Origin: a virus
Taxonomy: Duplodnaviria > Caudoviricetes
Length of the DNA: 64,000 nt
Reading direction: 5' to 3' (one strand)
IMG/VR virus record: IMGVR_UViG_3300037067_005074
Span: 96,001-160,000 of that record
The notes beneath the pieces are model-generated. The model did not search any database and had not been told where the DNA came from. It saw nothing but the letters and a program-made list of their open reading frames with translations. Below, piece after piece: positions 9,723 through 20,748 of this stretch. Every line of letters starts with the position of its first letter. Within the stretch, counting starts at the first letter, position 1. Position numbers and translations under genes: made by a program.

Positions 9723-9841
9723 TAATTTTAAAGAAAAATTAATTAAATTTTAATTTTTAACATTTATTAAGAAATAAAACATCACAATTCACTTTAAAAC
9801 AACAACAAAATTATTTATATTTTTAAACTAAATATAAATTT

Positions 9842-11722
9842 ATGAACAAGACTGTAAACATACATAAGAAAAGAACTAATTATTATTTTGAATTTAGTTA
9901 TGATTTTGACAAGAATAATCCACTTTGTGATAAAATAAAAGAAAACATAAAAAAAATACCAGGAAGACAATTTAACTGGAATACTTTTAAATGGGAAGTT
10001 CCTATTAATACAATTTCAATAGAATATGTAGAAGCATTATCTGAATATTACGGATTTATAAAAACTGAAGATTATAATACATTTATAGATGAATATAAAT
10101 TATTGATGTTAGAAAATCAAGTATTAAGTAATGCTCATGTTTCGGAATTACAAATAGAAGATATTAAGATAACACCAAGGCCATTTCAATTAGCAGGTAT
10201 AGAATACACAATAAAGAATAAAAGAGTAATATTAGGAGATGAACAAGGATTAGGAAAGACAATTCAAGCAATATTAACATTTCATTATTTAAAAAGTAAA
10301 AGAGTAACAATCATTTGTCCTAGCAGTTTAAAATATAATTGGTTTTATGAATTATTAAAATGTATTAATATAAATGAAAATGAAATTTATGTTTATAATC
10401 CAAATACAGTTTATGATTATATTTATGATTCAACAATTATAAGTTCTAAAAATGGAAAAGAAACAAGATTAGAAACAATATTAAATAATAAAAAACATTC
10501 AGATTATAATATTGCTTTAGAAAAGTTTAATGAAATAAAAAAGAATGATAATAGACAATTTGAAAAAAGAGTTTTTATTATCAATTACAATAACATTGAT
10601 AAATATAAAAAAGAATTAATAGAAAGAAAATGTGATTTCTTAATAGTAGATGAGAGTCATAATATTAAAAATCCAAAAGCAATTCAAAGTAAAGCAATAT
10701 TAGAAATATCAAAAAACATTGATTATATAATGCTTTTAAGTGGAACTCCAACTCTTAATAAACCAATTGAATTATCTAATCAATTAAAAACAATTAGAAG
10801 ATTAAAAGAATTTGGAGGAGATTGGAATTTTAAAATGAGATATTGTGATGGCAAAGAAACTTATTTTGGATGGGATTTTTCTGGAGCATCTAATATTTCT
10901 GAATTACATGAAAAATTAAGACAAATATGTTATATTAGAAGAAATAAAAAAGAAGTACTAACAGAATTACCAGATAAACAATTTAGTAGAGTATTTCTTG
11001 AAATTGATAATAGAAAAGAATATGAATTAGCTAAAAATGATTTAGTAACATATCTCAGACAAAATAAAATAAAGGAAGACGAAAATTATGTAATATCTTC
11101 ATTAGAAAGATTTGCATTAGAAAAGATGGAAGAATTAGATATGAATAATCCACTTCAAAATGCACTTGTAAAAATGAATATATTAAGACAACTTACAATT
11201 AAAGGTAAATTAAATAATGCAATTGAATGGATTGAAACATTTCTTGAAAGTGGAGAAAAGTTAGTTGTTTTTACACATCACAGAGAACCAACTTTAGAAA
11301 TTGCAAAACACTTTAAATGTAATGCTATTATCGGGGGAGTTGATCCAGAAGATAGACAAAAATATGTAAAAGACTTTCAAGAAAATCCTAAAACATCAGT
11401 TATAGTTTTAAATGATGCGGGTTCTGAAGGATTAACACTTACTGCAGCATGTAATATGTTAATGTTAGAATTAGATTGGACCCCCGGGAGAATGTCGCAA
11501 AAATATGATCGTGTACATAGAATTTCTCAAAATAGAAGTGTAAATATTTATCATGCTATTGGAATTGATACAATGGATTATGAAATGATGAATTTACTTG
11601 AAACAAAAAGAGAAATAACGGAAATGATTAATTCTGGAATAGAATATAAAGGAGACAAAATAAATGAAAATCAAAATACATCTGTTTTTATGGAATTATT
11701 AAATAAATTTATTCTAACTTAA
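9842..11722 (+). CDS. SNF2-family (HARP/SMARCAL1-like) helicase
   Basis: DEQGLGKT, VDESH, LSGTP, EGLTLT, Q..DRVHRI. Confidence 0.9.
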   Translation: MNKTVNIHKKRTNYYFEFSYDFDKNNPLCDKIKENIKKIPGRQFNWNTFKWEVPINTISIEYVEALSEYYGFIKTEDYNTFIDEYKLLMLENQVLSNAHVSELQIEDIKITPRPFQLAGIEYTIKNKRVILGDEQGLGKTIQAILTFHYLKSKRVTIICPSSLKYNWFYELLKCININENEIYVYNPNTVYDYIYDSTIISSKNGKETRLETILNNKKHSDYNIALEKFNEIKKNDNRQFEKRVFIINYNNIDKYKKELIERKCDFLIVDESHNIKNPKAIQSKAILEISKNIDYIMLLSGTPTLNKPIELSNQLKTIRRLKEFGGDWNFKMRYCDGKETYFGWDFSGASNISELHEKLRQICYIRRNKKEVLTELPDKQFSRVFLEIDNRKEYELAKNDLVTYLRQNKIKEDENYVISSLERFALEKMEELDMNNPLQNALVKMNILRQLTIKGKLNNAIEWIETFLESGEKLVVFTHHREPTLEIAKHFKCNAIIGGVDPEDRQKYVKDFQENPKTSVIVLNDAGSEGLTLTAACNMLMLELDWTPGRMSQKYDRVHRISQNRSVNIYHAIGIDTMDYEMMNLLETKREITEMINSGIEYKGDKINENQNTSVFMELLNKFILT

Positions 11723-12017
11723 AAATAAATTCATATTTCTTTAAATATTTTAATCCATTAAGATTTTTAATGGAATATGAAATAGAATAAATTTGATTAT
11801 TGTTCATATAAACATCTTCAATTATAAATTCATCTATTTTATAAATATCAATATGACAAACTATTTTATCATCTAATTTATATTCTATATAAAGATAGGA
11901 AGAAATAGTATCAGTTAATAATTGTGAATCTGAAATATAGATTTGATTATATTCTATTGTTTGTGAAATTGAATATAATGAAAACAGAAGAAATATTAAA
12001 ATTATAAGTTGTTTCAT
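11709..12017 (-). CDS. Hypothetical secreted protein
   Basis: N-terminal signal peptide. Confidence 0.55.
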   Translation of the reverse strand: MKQLIILIFLLFSLYSISQTIEYNQIYISDSQLLTDTISSYLYIEYKLDDKIVCHIDIYKIDEFIIEDVYMNNNQIYSISYSIKNLNGLKYLKKYEFIFKLE

Positions 12018-12082
12018 TATGTAGTTAAAATAAAAAGTAGATAAATTAAATTTTATCTACTTATATGATTTGTATTTAGTTT

Positions 12083-12568
12083 TTAAAAGTTATTAATCAT
12101 ATTTTTAACTTCTTCTTTATTAATTGATTTATTTTCTGAAAAATATTTAGAAATTGTTTTATAAAATGATAAATATCTTTTTAGTATGTCGTTTAATGGT
12201 AAATTATTAATTGTATATTCTTCAAATTCACCTTCATCTGATAATGCATCTTGTGAAGTATTTATGATATATGATTTTGCATTATTATCAAAATATCGAG
12301 TAAAAGAATCAAAATAAGTTTCATAATCCAATCTTTTATTATTTGGTTTTAAACTCATTTTACCAATACCATTTAACCATCCAGTTATTTCCATTTTCCA
12401 ATGATTTATTGCTAAATGATTAGGATATAAAATTAAATATAATAAATGTTCATTAATTTTATGGGATAAACTCAATATCTCAGATATAACTTCTTTTCTT
12501 TGAAAAGCCATTTCTAATAAAATACTTTTGGTTGCTATTTTTGATATTAATTTTTCTAATTTATTCAT
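12083..12568 (-). CDS. DUF29-like protein with an 'LEKLI...LLE' leader
   Basis: EHLL.L......NHW..EI motif. Confidence 0.5.
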   Translation of the reverse strand: MNKLEKLISKIATKSILLEMAFQRKEVISEILSLSHKINEHLLYLILYPNHLAINHWKMEITGWLNGIGKMSLKPNNKRLDYETYFDSFTRYFDNNAKSYIINTSQDALSDEGEFEEYTINNLPLNDILKRYLSFYKTISKYFSENKSINKEEVKNMINNF

Positions 12569-12588
12569 GCTTTATAATTTTTATTTTA

Positions 12589-12619
12589 CAAATATACAAT
12601 TAATAATTGATTTGACAAA
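12589..12619 (-). promoter_or_regulatory. Bacteroidota-type promoter
   Basis: TTTG-N19-TATATTTG. Confidence 0.7.
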
Positions 12620-12682
12620 CTATATTTTAATTAATTTTTAAACTTTAACAATTATTAACATTTTCAATTTAAAATAATGTAG

Positions 12683-12758
12683 AAAAGTGTAATGTCAATT
12701 TCGTTTAAAATACAATATATCACTTCTTTACTTAGAAAAAACCTACGACATATGTATA
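12683..12758 (+). repeat. 76-bp three-box module, copy 1
   Basis: AAAAGTGTAA-N12-TTAAAATACAATATATCA-N11-AGAAAAAACCTACGACATATGTATA. Confidence 0.8.
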
Positions 12759-12856
12759 TAAATTTTTATTATTATTCTTGTTTTAAATCTATCTTTTCTA
12801 TTGTTTTTTTTTAATCTTGTCTTTATTCTTTAATTCTAACTACGAAATCTTTATTC

Positions 12857-12911
12857 TAAACAACTATCTTTAAAAACATATAATACTATACTAAATCAAG
12901 ATAGTTGTTTA
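12857..12911. terminator. Hairpin, possible terminator
   Basis: TAAACAACTATCTT/AAGATAGTTGTTTA 14-bp inverted repeat after the stop at 12917. Confidence 0.5.
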
Positions 12912-12916
12912 AACCG

Positions 12917-13963
12917 TTATCTAACTACCTTAAAATAGAAGTTATTATCTATAATAAACTCTTCGAAATTATCCCAAACAATCTTAAATATTATTTTATA
13001 ATATCGTTCAGCATTAAAGTTATTCATATCCAATTCAAAATAATTTCCATTTTCATCTAAACTGATTTTAGTATAAACATCATCGAATGGAATAATAGTA
13101 GTTTCGGAATTACCATCTTTAATAGAATAATAAGAATTAATTGGAAGATATTTTGGTATTAAATATTCATTTGTAAGAACATAAGTTCTATTTGGATATC
13201 TTTCTCTTGCTGTTAAATATAATCGAATCATACTATTAAGATTATATTGTTTTCTTAAATTGTTTATATTAATAGTAAAGTTTTCATCTGTTATTGGTTG
13301 TAAACTTCCAGAATTAAAATAATAATCTTCATATTTGATTATTATTTTTGGCTGATAAATAGTATGAGTTTCTTTACTGAAATAAGTTAATCTTGCTTCG
13401 CTTTCGATTTCTGTATATTCATCTTTAAGTTTTAAAATTAACCCGTTATTATCAATAGAACCAGATAACCATAAATTAACTATATCAGTAACATTAATAT
13501 TTATATCATTACTATTATAATCAAAAGAGATTGAAGAAGATATATTTGAATTCCAACTTCCGCCTCCACTATTAGTCATATATTCTGTATGATAATTAGA
13601 ACCAGAAGAAATCCAATTTGTAACTCCATTATTATTCCAGGTTACACCATCAGTTGTTTGTGGTTCATTATTATATTTTCCTATTCCCATATTCCAAGAT
13701 TGAGAAAGAGGAAATGTTTCTATTGTATATTGTTCTGGTACTTCATATTGATCGGAAAGATAAAGTCTTAAATCAAATTGAATATTATTCTTATTTATGA
13801 TTTTATTTCTTATTTCTTCTGAATCAAATTGTATTAATATTCTACTTGCACTTTCTAATAAAGTATCATAAGACAATTCTAAAATACTATCGATACCAGT
13901 ATTTTTTAAATTATAATATTCGTATATAGTAGAATCTTTTATTGGTAATATTGATGTTATCAT
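12917..13963 (-). CDS. Probable virion structural protein (DNRLRE-like beta domain)
   Basis: KDSTIYE..NTG.D.ILE, SRILIQF, VTDIVNLW...NNGLILK; ATATTTATA upstream. Confidence 0.7.
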   Translation of the reverse strand: MITSILPIKDSTIYEYYNLKNTGIDSILELSYDTLLESASRILIQFDSEEIRNKIINKNNIQFDLRLYLSDQYEVPEQYTIETFPLSQSWNMGIGKYNNEPQTTDGVTWNNNGVTNWISSGSNYHTEYMTNSGGGSWNSNISSSISFDYNSNDININVTDIVNLWLSGSIDNNGLILKLKDEYTEIESEARLTYFSKETHTIYQPKIIIKYEDYYFNSGSLQPITDENFTININNLRKQYNLNSMIRLYLTARERYPNRTYVLTNEYLIPKYLPINSYYSIKDGNSETTIIPFDDVYTKISLDENGNYFELDMNNFNAERYYKIIFKIVWDNFEEFIIDNNFYFKVVR

Positions 13964-14026
13964 TTCTCTGTTTTTATTATAAATATTAATTTTTTATATT
14001 TTTATATTTATAAATAAAGAATTAAA

Positions 14027-14350
14027 ATGAGCAAAATAGTAGATAGAATCATAAAAACTAAATCAGAACAATCTTTGATTTCATCTTTAAATAAACGAAA
14101 ATCAATATTAGAACAATTAATTAAAAAATACAAAACAAATAAAGAATTTAGAGAAAATCAATTTTTACATGGTGATATCGAAACTAATATAACAGAAATA
14201 TTATTTTTATTTTTTATTCTTAACAAAATAGATTCAACAAAATATCAAAAAACATTAATAAACAATTATTTTAATAATGATATTTTAATAGATGATTATT
14301 TAAAAAAAATGTTTAAAACAATAAAACCAAAACTATTAAAACAACTATGA
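14027..14350 (+). CDS. Hypothetical protein
   Basis: ORF after ATATTTATA (14004-14012). Confidence 0.6.
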   Translation: MSKIVDRIIKTKSEQSLISSLNKRKSILEQLIKKYKTNKEFRENQFLHGDIETNITEILFLFFILNKIDSTKYQKTLINNYFNNDILIDDYLKKMFKTIKPKLLKQL

Positions 14351-14500
14351 AACTAACAAACTTTTTAAATTTAAAGATAGGAGATGAAGTAAGTTATAAA
14401 TCCGAATATTTTAAGATTACTTGTATTTTTGATTTATATGTCGACTTATATGATAAAAATTCAAAAATAAGAATCAACAATATTCATTATTCCGATTTAG

Positions 14501-16654
14501 ATGAAAAATAAAATAGCAATAATATTACCAGTAAAAGGTAGACCAGAAAACATTCCTATTTTTTATAAATATTGGAAAGAAACAACTAAAGGATTAAGTG
14601 ATGTTTATATTGGATTAGATATAGAAGACAAAAGTTATTTTGGTATTGATATTCCAAAAGAATTTATATTAATTAGAAGAACAGAAGAAAAAACTGTGAC
14701 GAAAGTTAATTTTATATCTTCTCAATTAATTAATAAATATAAATATATTGGTTTTGTAGGAGATGATGTTAGATTATTGACTGAAAACTGGGAACAAATA
14801 ATTATAGATACTTTTAAAAAATCTGGTAAATATACAATAATATATCCAAATGATTTACATCAAAAAGATTTAAAAGTTACTCATCCGTTTATGACTTCCG
14901 AATTAATATCTAAATTAGGATATTTCTTTCCAACTGGATTTTGGCATAGAAAAGTTGATGTTTGTTTAAAAATGATTGGAGAAGAAATAAATAATAATTT
15001 ATTTATTGATGGTAATTTAATTTATCTTCCAAATGTTATTTTTGAACATTTTCATCCTCACAATCATAAAGCAGTAAATGACAATACTTATGATTTAGCT
15101 TATTCAGATGAATGGTCAAAACATGATCAAATAGAATATAGCAATTTTATTGACAATAGATTAAAATCTGATATTGATAAATTAAAAATAAATAAAATAA
15201 ATCATATTAATAATATCTATAAAAACATAAATAAAGGAAAATATAATGATATTGAAATTATTTCTGTAAATTATAATACTCCAGAATATATTTATAGACA
15301 ATATTTTAGTATTCGTAATTTCATTTCTTCTGATATAAAGATTAGAATAATAGACGGAAGTGATAATAAAGATTATGTTGATTGTTTTAAAGAATTGGAA
15401 TTATTTGATAATAATTTTTCAGTTAAAAGATTAGGAGTTAATATTCATCATGGTGCAGGATTACATTTTGGTATAAGTACTTCTAAATGCAATAAAATAT
15501 TAGTAATTGATTCAGATGTATATATTATTAAAGAAGGATTTATAGATGAATTAAATAAACTATATTTTGACGATTGCTATGGAATATCAAAATTTGAATA
15601 TGTAGATAATAAAGGATTTAATGTAAATAATAATGGTATTCCATATTTACATCCTCGTTGTGCTTTAATAAATAAAAAAGAATATTTACAATTTAAACCA
15701 TTTAAAAATCATGGTTCTCCTTGTATTGATACAATGATAGAAATCAAAACAAAAGGATTATCATATAAATTAATAGATTTTAAAAACTTAAATGATTATA
15801 TAAAAACATTTAATAGAGGCACAGTAGTTAGAGTTGGATATAAACCACAAGATTACAATAAAGTAGATGTAAATAAATTAATTTTAGAAGAAAATCAAAA
15901 AAATACAATTAAAGTAATAAATAACAATTTTTTAATAATAAATGTATTAACAAGAACAAGTAATAGACCAAATTATTTTAAAAATTGCTATAATACTATT
16001 CATAATCAAACATATAAACATATAAATCATATTGTTAGTGTGGATAATAATGAAACATTTGAATATGCTAAAAATTATAATAATATAGAAATAGTAAAAG
16101 TAAAATACATGTCTGCTGGTACATTTCCGACAATTCCTGGACCTTGTTTTAATTCTCCTTGGAATTTATATTTTAATGAATTGCTAAATCATACAAAGGA
16201 AGGTTATGTAATTTATATTGATGATGATGACATGTTTAATAAAAATAATGCTATAGAAATAATAGTAAATAATATTAAAACTATTGACGATTTATTATTT
16301 TGGAGAGTAAAATTTCCAAATAGATTAATACCAGATGAAACATTTTGGAATTTATATAAACAAGGTAATCCACCAATATTAAATCAAATATCAACATTAG
16401 GGTTTTCTCATCATACAAAATACAATAATAACTCTAAATGGAATGAATATTCAGGTGGAGATTATAGATGTGCATTAGGATTACACAAAATAATTCCAAA
16501 TAAAATATTTATTAATGAACCATTAACAACATTACAAAGAATTGTTGCTGGTGGGCATGGAAAAAGGGATGATTTATCAAATCAAATTATTCAAAATAAA
16601 CCAAAAATAATTAATAAAGGAATGCAACCAGATGGCGGAATAAGAGTAGGATAA
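14501..16654 (+). CDS. Multi-domain GT-A (GT2-like) glycosyltransferase with three modules
   Basis: Three DxD-type motifs: GDDV, IDSDV, IDDDD. Confidence 0.85.
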   Translation: MKNKIAIILPVKGRPENIPIFYKYWKETTKGLSDVYIGLDIEDKSYFGIDIPKEFILIRRTEEKTVTKVNFISSQLINKYKYIGFVGDDVRLLTENWEQIIIDTFKKSGKYTIIYPNDLHQKDLKVTHPFMTSELISKLGYFFPTGFWHRKVDVCLKMIGEEINNNLFIDGNLIYLPNVIFEHFHPHNHKAVNDNTYDLAYSDEWSKHDQIEYSNFIDNRLKSDIDKLKINKINHINNIYKNINKGKYNDIEIISVNYNTPEYIYRQYFSIRNFISSDIKIRIIDGSDNKDYVDCFKELELFDNNFSVKRLGVNIHHGAGLHFGISTSKCNKILVIDSDVYIIKEGFIDELNKLYFDDCYGISKFEYVDNKGFNVNNNGIPYLHPRCALINKKEYLQFKPFKNHGSPCIDTMIEIKTKGLSYKLIDFKNLNDYIKTFNRGTVVRVGYKPQDYNKVDVNKLILEENQKNTIKVINNNFLIINVLTRTSNRPNYFKNCYNTIHNQTYKHINHIVSVDNNETFEYAKNYNNIEIVKVKYMSAGTFPTIPGPCFNSPWNLYFNELLNHTKEGYVIYIDDDDMFNKNNAIEIIVNNIKTIDDLLFWRVKFPNRLIPDETFWNLYKQGNPPILNQISTLGFSHHTKYNNNSKWNEYSGGDYRCALGLHKIIPNKIFINEPLTTLQRIVAGGHGKRDDLSNQIIQNKPKIINKGMQPDGGIRVG

Positions 16655-16676
16655 TTAAAAATAAAATATATAAAAA

Positions 16677-17339
16677 ATGAATTTACCATTAATTAATATT
16701 ATTACAAGAACAAGTAATAGACCAAATTATTTTAAAAATTGTTATGAAAGTGTTAAAAATCAAACATATAAAAATATAAATTATATTGTTGGTTATGATA
16801 CAGAAGAAACATATAAGTATTTATCAGGACTTGAAATTAATAATATTGTAAAATTAAAATATATTAGTCCAACAGAAATACCAATATTACCAGGATTACC
16901 AAATCCAGCTCCTTATAATTTATATTTTAATGAATTATTAAAATATACCAAAGAAGGATTTGTAATATATTTAGATGATGATAATAAATTTTTAATAAAT
17001 AATGCAATTGAAATAATTGTAAATACTATAAAAACAGAAGACGATTTAATATTATCAAGAACAAAATTTCCAAATAAATTAATACCTGATACTCAATATT
17101 GGGAAATGTATAAAAAAGGGCATGGGCCAATAAAATGTCAAATTGATACAGCATGCTTTTATCATAATACAAAATATAATAAAGATGCAAAATGGACAGA
17201 ATATTCACTTGGAGATTATAGATGTTCCTTATTATTACATAAAGTAATTCCAAATAAAAGATTTATAGATCAACCTTTAATAACATTACAAAGAAGTGTT
17301 GCTGGTGGTCATGGTAGAAGAGATGATTTATTAAAATAA
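16677..17339 (+). CDS. GT2-like glycosyltransferase, paralog of the C-terminal module of 14501
   Basis: Shared TRTSNRPNYFKNCY, YLDDD, LQR.VAGGHG.RDDL. Confidence 0.85.
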   Translation: MNLPLINIITRTSNRPNYFKNCYESVKNQTYKNINYIVGYDTEETYKYLSGLEINNIVKLKYISPTEIPILPGLPNPAPYNLYFNELLKYTKEGFVIYLDDDNKFLINNAIEIIVNTIKTEDDLILSRTKFPNKLIPDTQYWEMYKKGHGPIKCQIDTACFYHNTKYNKDAKWTEYSLGDYRCSLLLHKVIPNKRFIDQPLITLQRSVAGGHGRRDDLLK

Positions 17340-17350
17340 AAATTTAAAAT

Positions 17351-18022
17351 ATGAATAAAATTGCTTTAATAATGTGTACTTGGAAAAGAATTAATTTCTT
17401 ACAAAGAACTATAGATTTATTAAGTACACAATTAAATAAAGATTTTGATTTTTATATATGGAATAATAATCAATCTATTATTGAACAACTTAATACAATT
17501 ATTAAACCTTATAATTGGATAAAAGTAAAACATTCGGAATCTAATATTGGTGGGATTGGAAGATTTTATTATGCAAAAGAAATATGTAATGAATATGAAA
17601 AAATTGCATTTATAGATGACGATCAAATATTTGATAATACATTAATACAATGTTTTCATAATGAATATGAACCAAAAACAGTTAAAAGTTGGTTTGCATG
17701 GAAATTTAAATCCAATAATTATTGGGATAGATTTAGAATTACAACTGGGGAAGAAGCAAATTATTGTGGGACAGGGGGACAAATAATAGATGCATCTGTA
17801 TTTAATGACTCCGAATTATTAAAAACTATTCCTGAAAAATATAAATTTATAGAAGATGTTTGGTTATCATATTATTGTAATCATAAAAAAAATTGGAAAT
17901 TAAAATCAACAAAAACAGTTAAAATACAAATACAAGAAGACGGACATGATCAATTTGTAAAATTGAAAGAACTAAAAACAGAATTTTTAAGATATTTAAT
18001 CAAACAAGGATGGAAATTATAA
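17351..18022 (+). CDS. GT2-like glycosyltransferase
   Basis: CTWKR, FIDDDQ, EDVWLS. Confidence 0.8.
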   Translation: MNKIALIMCTWKRINFLQRTIDLLSTQLNKDFDFYIWNNNQSIIEQLNTIIKPYNWIKVKHSESNIGGIGRFYYAKEICNEYEKIAFIDDDQIFDNTLIQCFHNEYEPKTVKSWFAWKFKSNNYWDRFRITTGEEANYCGTGGQIIDASVFNDSELLKTIPEKYKFIEDVWLSYYCNHKKNWKLKSTKTVKIQIQEDGHDQFVKLKELKTEFLRYLIKQGWKL

Positions 18023-18801
18023 AAAAAATATCAATTGTAACTTCTTATTATAATAGAAAAAAATTATTTTTAGAAACAGTAAAATCAATTATTAAAACAA
18101 AACACACTAACTATGAATTAATTGTTGTTGATGATGGTAGTGACGAAAATGAAAGATTAGAAAATATTGTATCATTTTATCCATTTATAAAATTGATAAG
18201 AATAGAATCAAAAGATAAATGGTATGTTAATCCATGTATTCCATTTAATCTTGGAATAAAGGAAGTATCAGGAGAAATAATAATATTACAAAATCCAGAA
18301 TGTCTTCATGTTAATGATATATTATCATATACAAATACAAATTTAACTGAAGATAATTATTTAACTTTTTCTTGTTATGCTTTAAATAAAGAATTAACTA
18401 ATAAATTACCATTTTTAATTAATAATAATTTTATTCAATATTTTAATTCTTTACCACAACAAGAATCAAAAGGCAATCCAACTATTGGTTGGTATAATCA
18501 TTCAAAAATAAGACCTACTTATTATCATTTTTGTTCTGCTATTACAAGAACAAATTTAGTAGAAAAATTAAATGGATTCGATGAAAGATATGCTTTAGGT
18601 ATTTCTTATGATGACAATGAATTATTAGATAGAATAAATAGGTTAGGATTAAAAAAGGAAATTATAGATAATATATCAGTAATACATCAATGGCATCCAT
18701 CTATATTTTATAATAGAAAAGATTTCAATTCTTTACATTTAAAAAATAAATCATTATATTTTGATATAACTAAAAATGAAACATTAATAAAATCAAATTG
18801 A
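18010..18801 (+). CDS. GT2 glycosyltransferase
   Basis: VVDDGS, GFDERY, YDDNE, HQWH. Confidence 0.9.
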   Translation: MEIIKKISIVTSYYNRKKLFLETVKSIIKTKHTNYELIVVDDGSDENERLENIVSFYPFIKLIRIESKDKWYVNPCIPFNLGIKEVSGEIIILQNPECLHVNDILSYTNTNLTEDNYLTFSCYALNKELTNKLPFLINNNFIQYFNSLPQQESKGNPTIGWYNHSKIRPTYYHFCSAITRTNLVEKLNGFDERYALGISYDDNELLDRINRLGLKKEIIDNISVIHQWHPSIFYNRKDFNSLHLKNKSLYFDITKNETLIKSN

Positions 18802-19871
18802 TGAAAATATTAACATTAATAGGAACACGTCCAGAATTAATAAGACTATCCATTTTAATTAAAAAATTAGACGATTTAGTAGAACATATTGTTGTTTATA
18901 CAAATCAAAATTATGATTATAATTTAAGTAAAATATTTTTCAAAGAATTAGAAATTAGAAATCCAAATTATTATTTTGAAAAAGAATCTAAATCATTTAC
19001 TGAGTTTTTAAGTAATGCAATAATAGAATTTGAAAAAATAATAATAAAAGAATCGCCTGATAAAATAATTATTTTGGGTGATACAAATACCGGATTATTA
19101 AGTATTATGGCAAATAGATATCAAATTCCAATTTATCATTTAGAAGCAGGAAATAGATGTTTCGATAATAGACTACCAGAAGAATCAAATAGAAAAATAA
19201 TAGATAGTATTTCCACATATAATTTGCCTTATACAGAAAATAGTAAACAAAATTTATTAAAAGAAGGGTATCATAAAAATTATGTATTTAAAATAGGAAA
19301 TCCAATTTATGAAGTTTTAAATTTTTATAAGCAAAATATAGATAACAGTAGTATATTAAATAAATTACAATTAACATCTAAAGAATATTGCTTAGTAACA
19401 ATACATAGAACAGAAAATACAAACGATAAAAATATATTAAATAATATTTTTATTTCATTAAATGAAATTTCAAATTATAAAAAAATAATACTTTCATTAC
19501 ATCCAAGAACTAAAAATAAATTAGAAAATTATAATATAAAAATAAATAAAAATATAATTATATGTGAACCATTTGGCTTTTTTGATTTTGTAAAATTAGA
19601 ACAAAATTCATTTTTAACTATTTCTGATAGTGGTACAGTTCAAGAAGAATGTTGTATTTTTAATGTTCCTTCTTTAACAATACGAGAAACTACAGAAAGA
19701 CAAGAAACTATTGAATGTGGTTCTAATATTTTATGTGGTACAGATACAAGCAATATAATTAATTCATTTAATATTGTTAAAAATAAAAAATTTAATTACT
19801 GGAATATTCCAAATGATTATTTAATATCAAATGTATCTGATATAGTAACTAATATTTTAATAGGAAAATAA
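18798..19871 (+). CDS. Non-hydrolysing UDP-HexNAc 2-epimerase (WecB/FnlC/QnlB family)
   Basis: GTRPELI, LGDTNT, HLEAGNR, PEE.NR, SDSGTVQEE, TERQE. Confidence 0.92.
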   Translation: MMKILTLIGTRPELIRLSILIKKLDDLVEHIVVYTNQNYDYNLSKIFFKELEIRNPNYYFEKESKSFTEFLSNAIIEFEKIIIKESPDKIIILGDTNTGLLSIMANRYQIPIYHLEAGNRCFDNRLPEESNRKIIDSISTYNLPYTENSKQNLLKEGYHKNYVFKIGNPIYEVLNFYKQNIDNSSILNKLQLTSKEYCLVTIHRTENTNDKNILNNIFISLNEISNYKKIILSLHPRTKNKLENYNIKINKNIIICEPFGFFDFVKLEQNSFLTISDSGTVQEECCIFNVPSLTIRETTERQETIECGSNILCGTDTSNIINSFNIVKNKKFNYWNIPNDYLISNVSDIVTNILIGK

Positions 19872-19907
19872 AGATAAAAAGAATATTAAAAATTTAAAAA
19901 TAAAAAT

Positions 19908-20741
19908 ATGATTTATTTATCACCTTTAAACGGACTTAAAAGTGGGTATGGAGAAGAAACATTTTGGGTTTGGTTTGAAAATAATTTTAAAAACACATCT
20001 TTTAATTTGGCATCAAAATATACTCCAAATGATTTTTTATTAACTTATTCAGTTTGTGATATATTAAATGTAAAACCAGCAACAACCATTTCATTATGTT
20101 GGGAATTATATCCAGAAATGAAAAAAGTTTTTAAAGATAATCAATGGGACAATAAAATACAAAAAACATATAAATCTGCAAAAAATGCCGATAGAATTAC
20201 TGTCGCTACTAAATTTGCTATTCCATACTATAAAGAATTTGGCAATGTAGATGTTATTCCAATAGGAGTTGACACAGATTTATTTAAACCAGTATCAGAT
20301 AAAGAAAAGCACAATTTAAAAATAAAATATAATATTCCATTAGATAAAGAAATTGGATTTTGGTGCGGAACAATGCATCCAATGAAAGGACAATCATTGC
20401 TTCAAAAATATGCTAAAGAAAATCCAAATATATATTGGATAATTGTTTGGTATCCAACAAAAGGAATATTTTATGGAAATGGACTGCAATTTGTATTAGT
20501 TAATCAAAAGAAAATGTCTGAATTAATGAATTTATGTGATTTTCAACTATCTACAAGTTTATTACAACCTTATTTTATTATTGATTATGAGGGAATGTCA
20601 TGCAATCTTAAAAGAAGAGAAATATCTAAATTAGAAAGAGATTTTGAGGTTGGCGATAATCCAAGAGACAATATATTTGAACATAAATGGGATAGACACA
20701 CAGTTAAAAAAATATGGACAGAATACTTAAATTTAAAATAA
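19908..20741 (+). CDS. GT4-like (GT-B) glycosyltransferase
   Basis: VIPIGVDTDLFKP, G...PMKG, ELMN.CD, EGMSC. Confidence 0.75.
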   Translation: MIYLSPLNGLKSGYGEETFWVWFENNFKNTSFNLASKYTPNDFLLTYSVCDILNVKPATTISLCWELYPEMKKVFKDNQWDNKIQKTYKSAKNADRITVATKFAIPYYKEFGNVDVIPIGVDTDLFKPVSDKEKHNLKIKYNIPLDKEIGFWCGTMHPMKGQSLLQKYAKENPNIYWIIVWYPTKGIFYGNGLQFVLVNQKKMSELMNLCDFQLSTSLLQPYFIIDYEGMSCNLKRREISKLERDFEVGDNPRDNIFEHKWDRHTVKKIWTEYLNLK

Positions 20742-20748
20742 AAACAAT

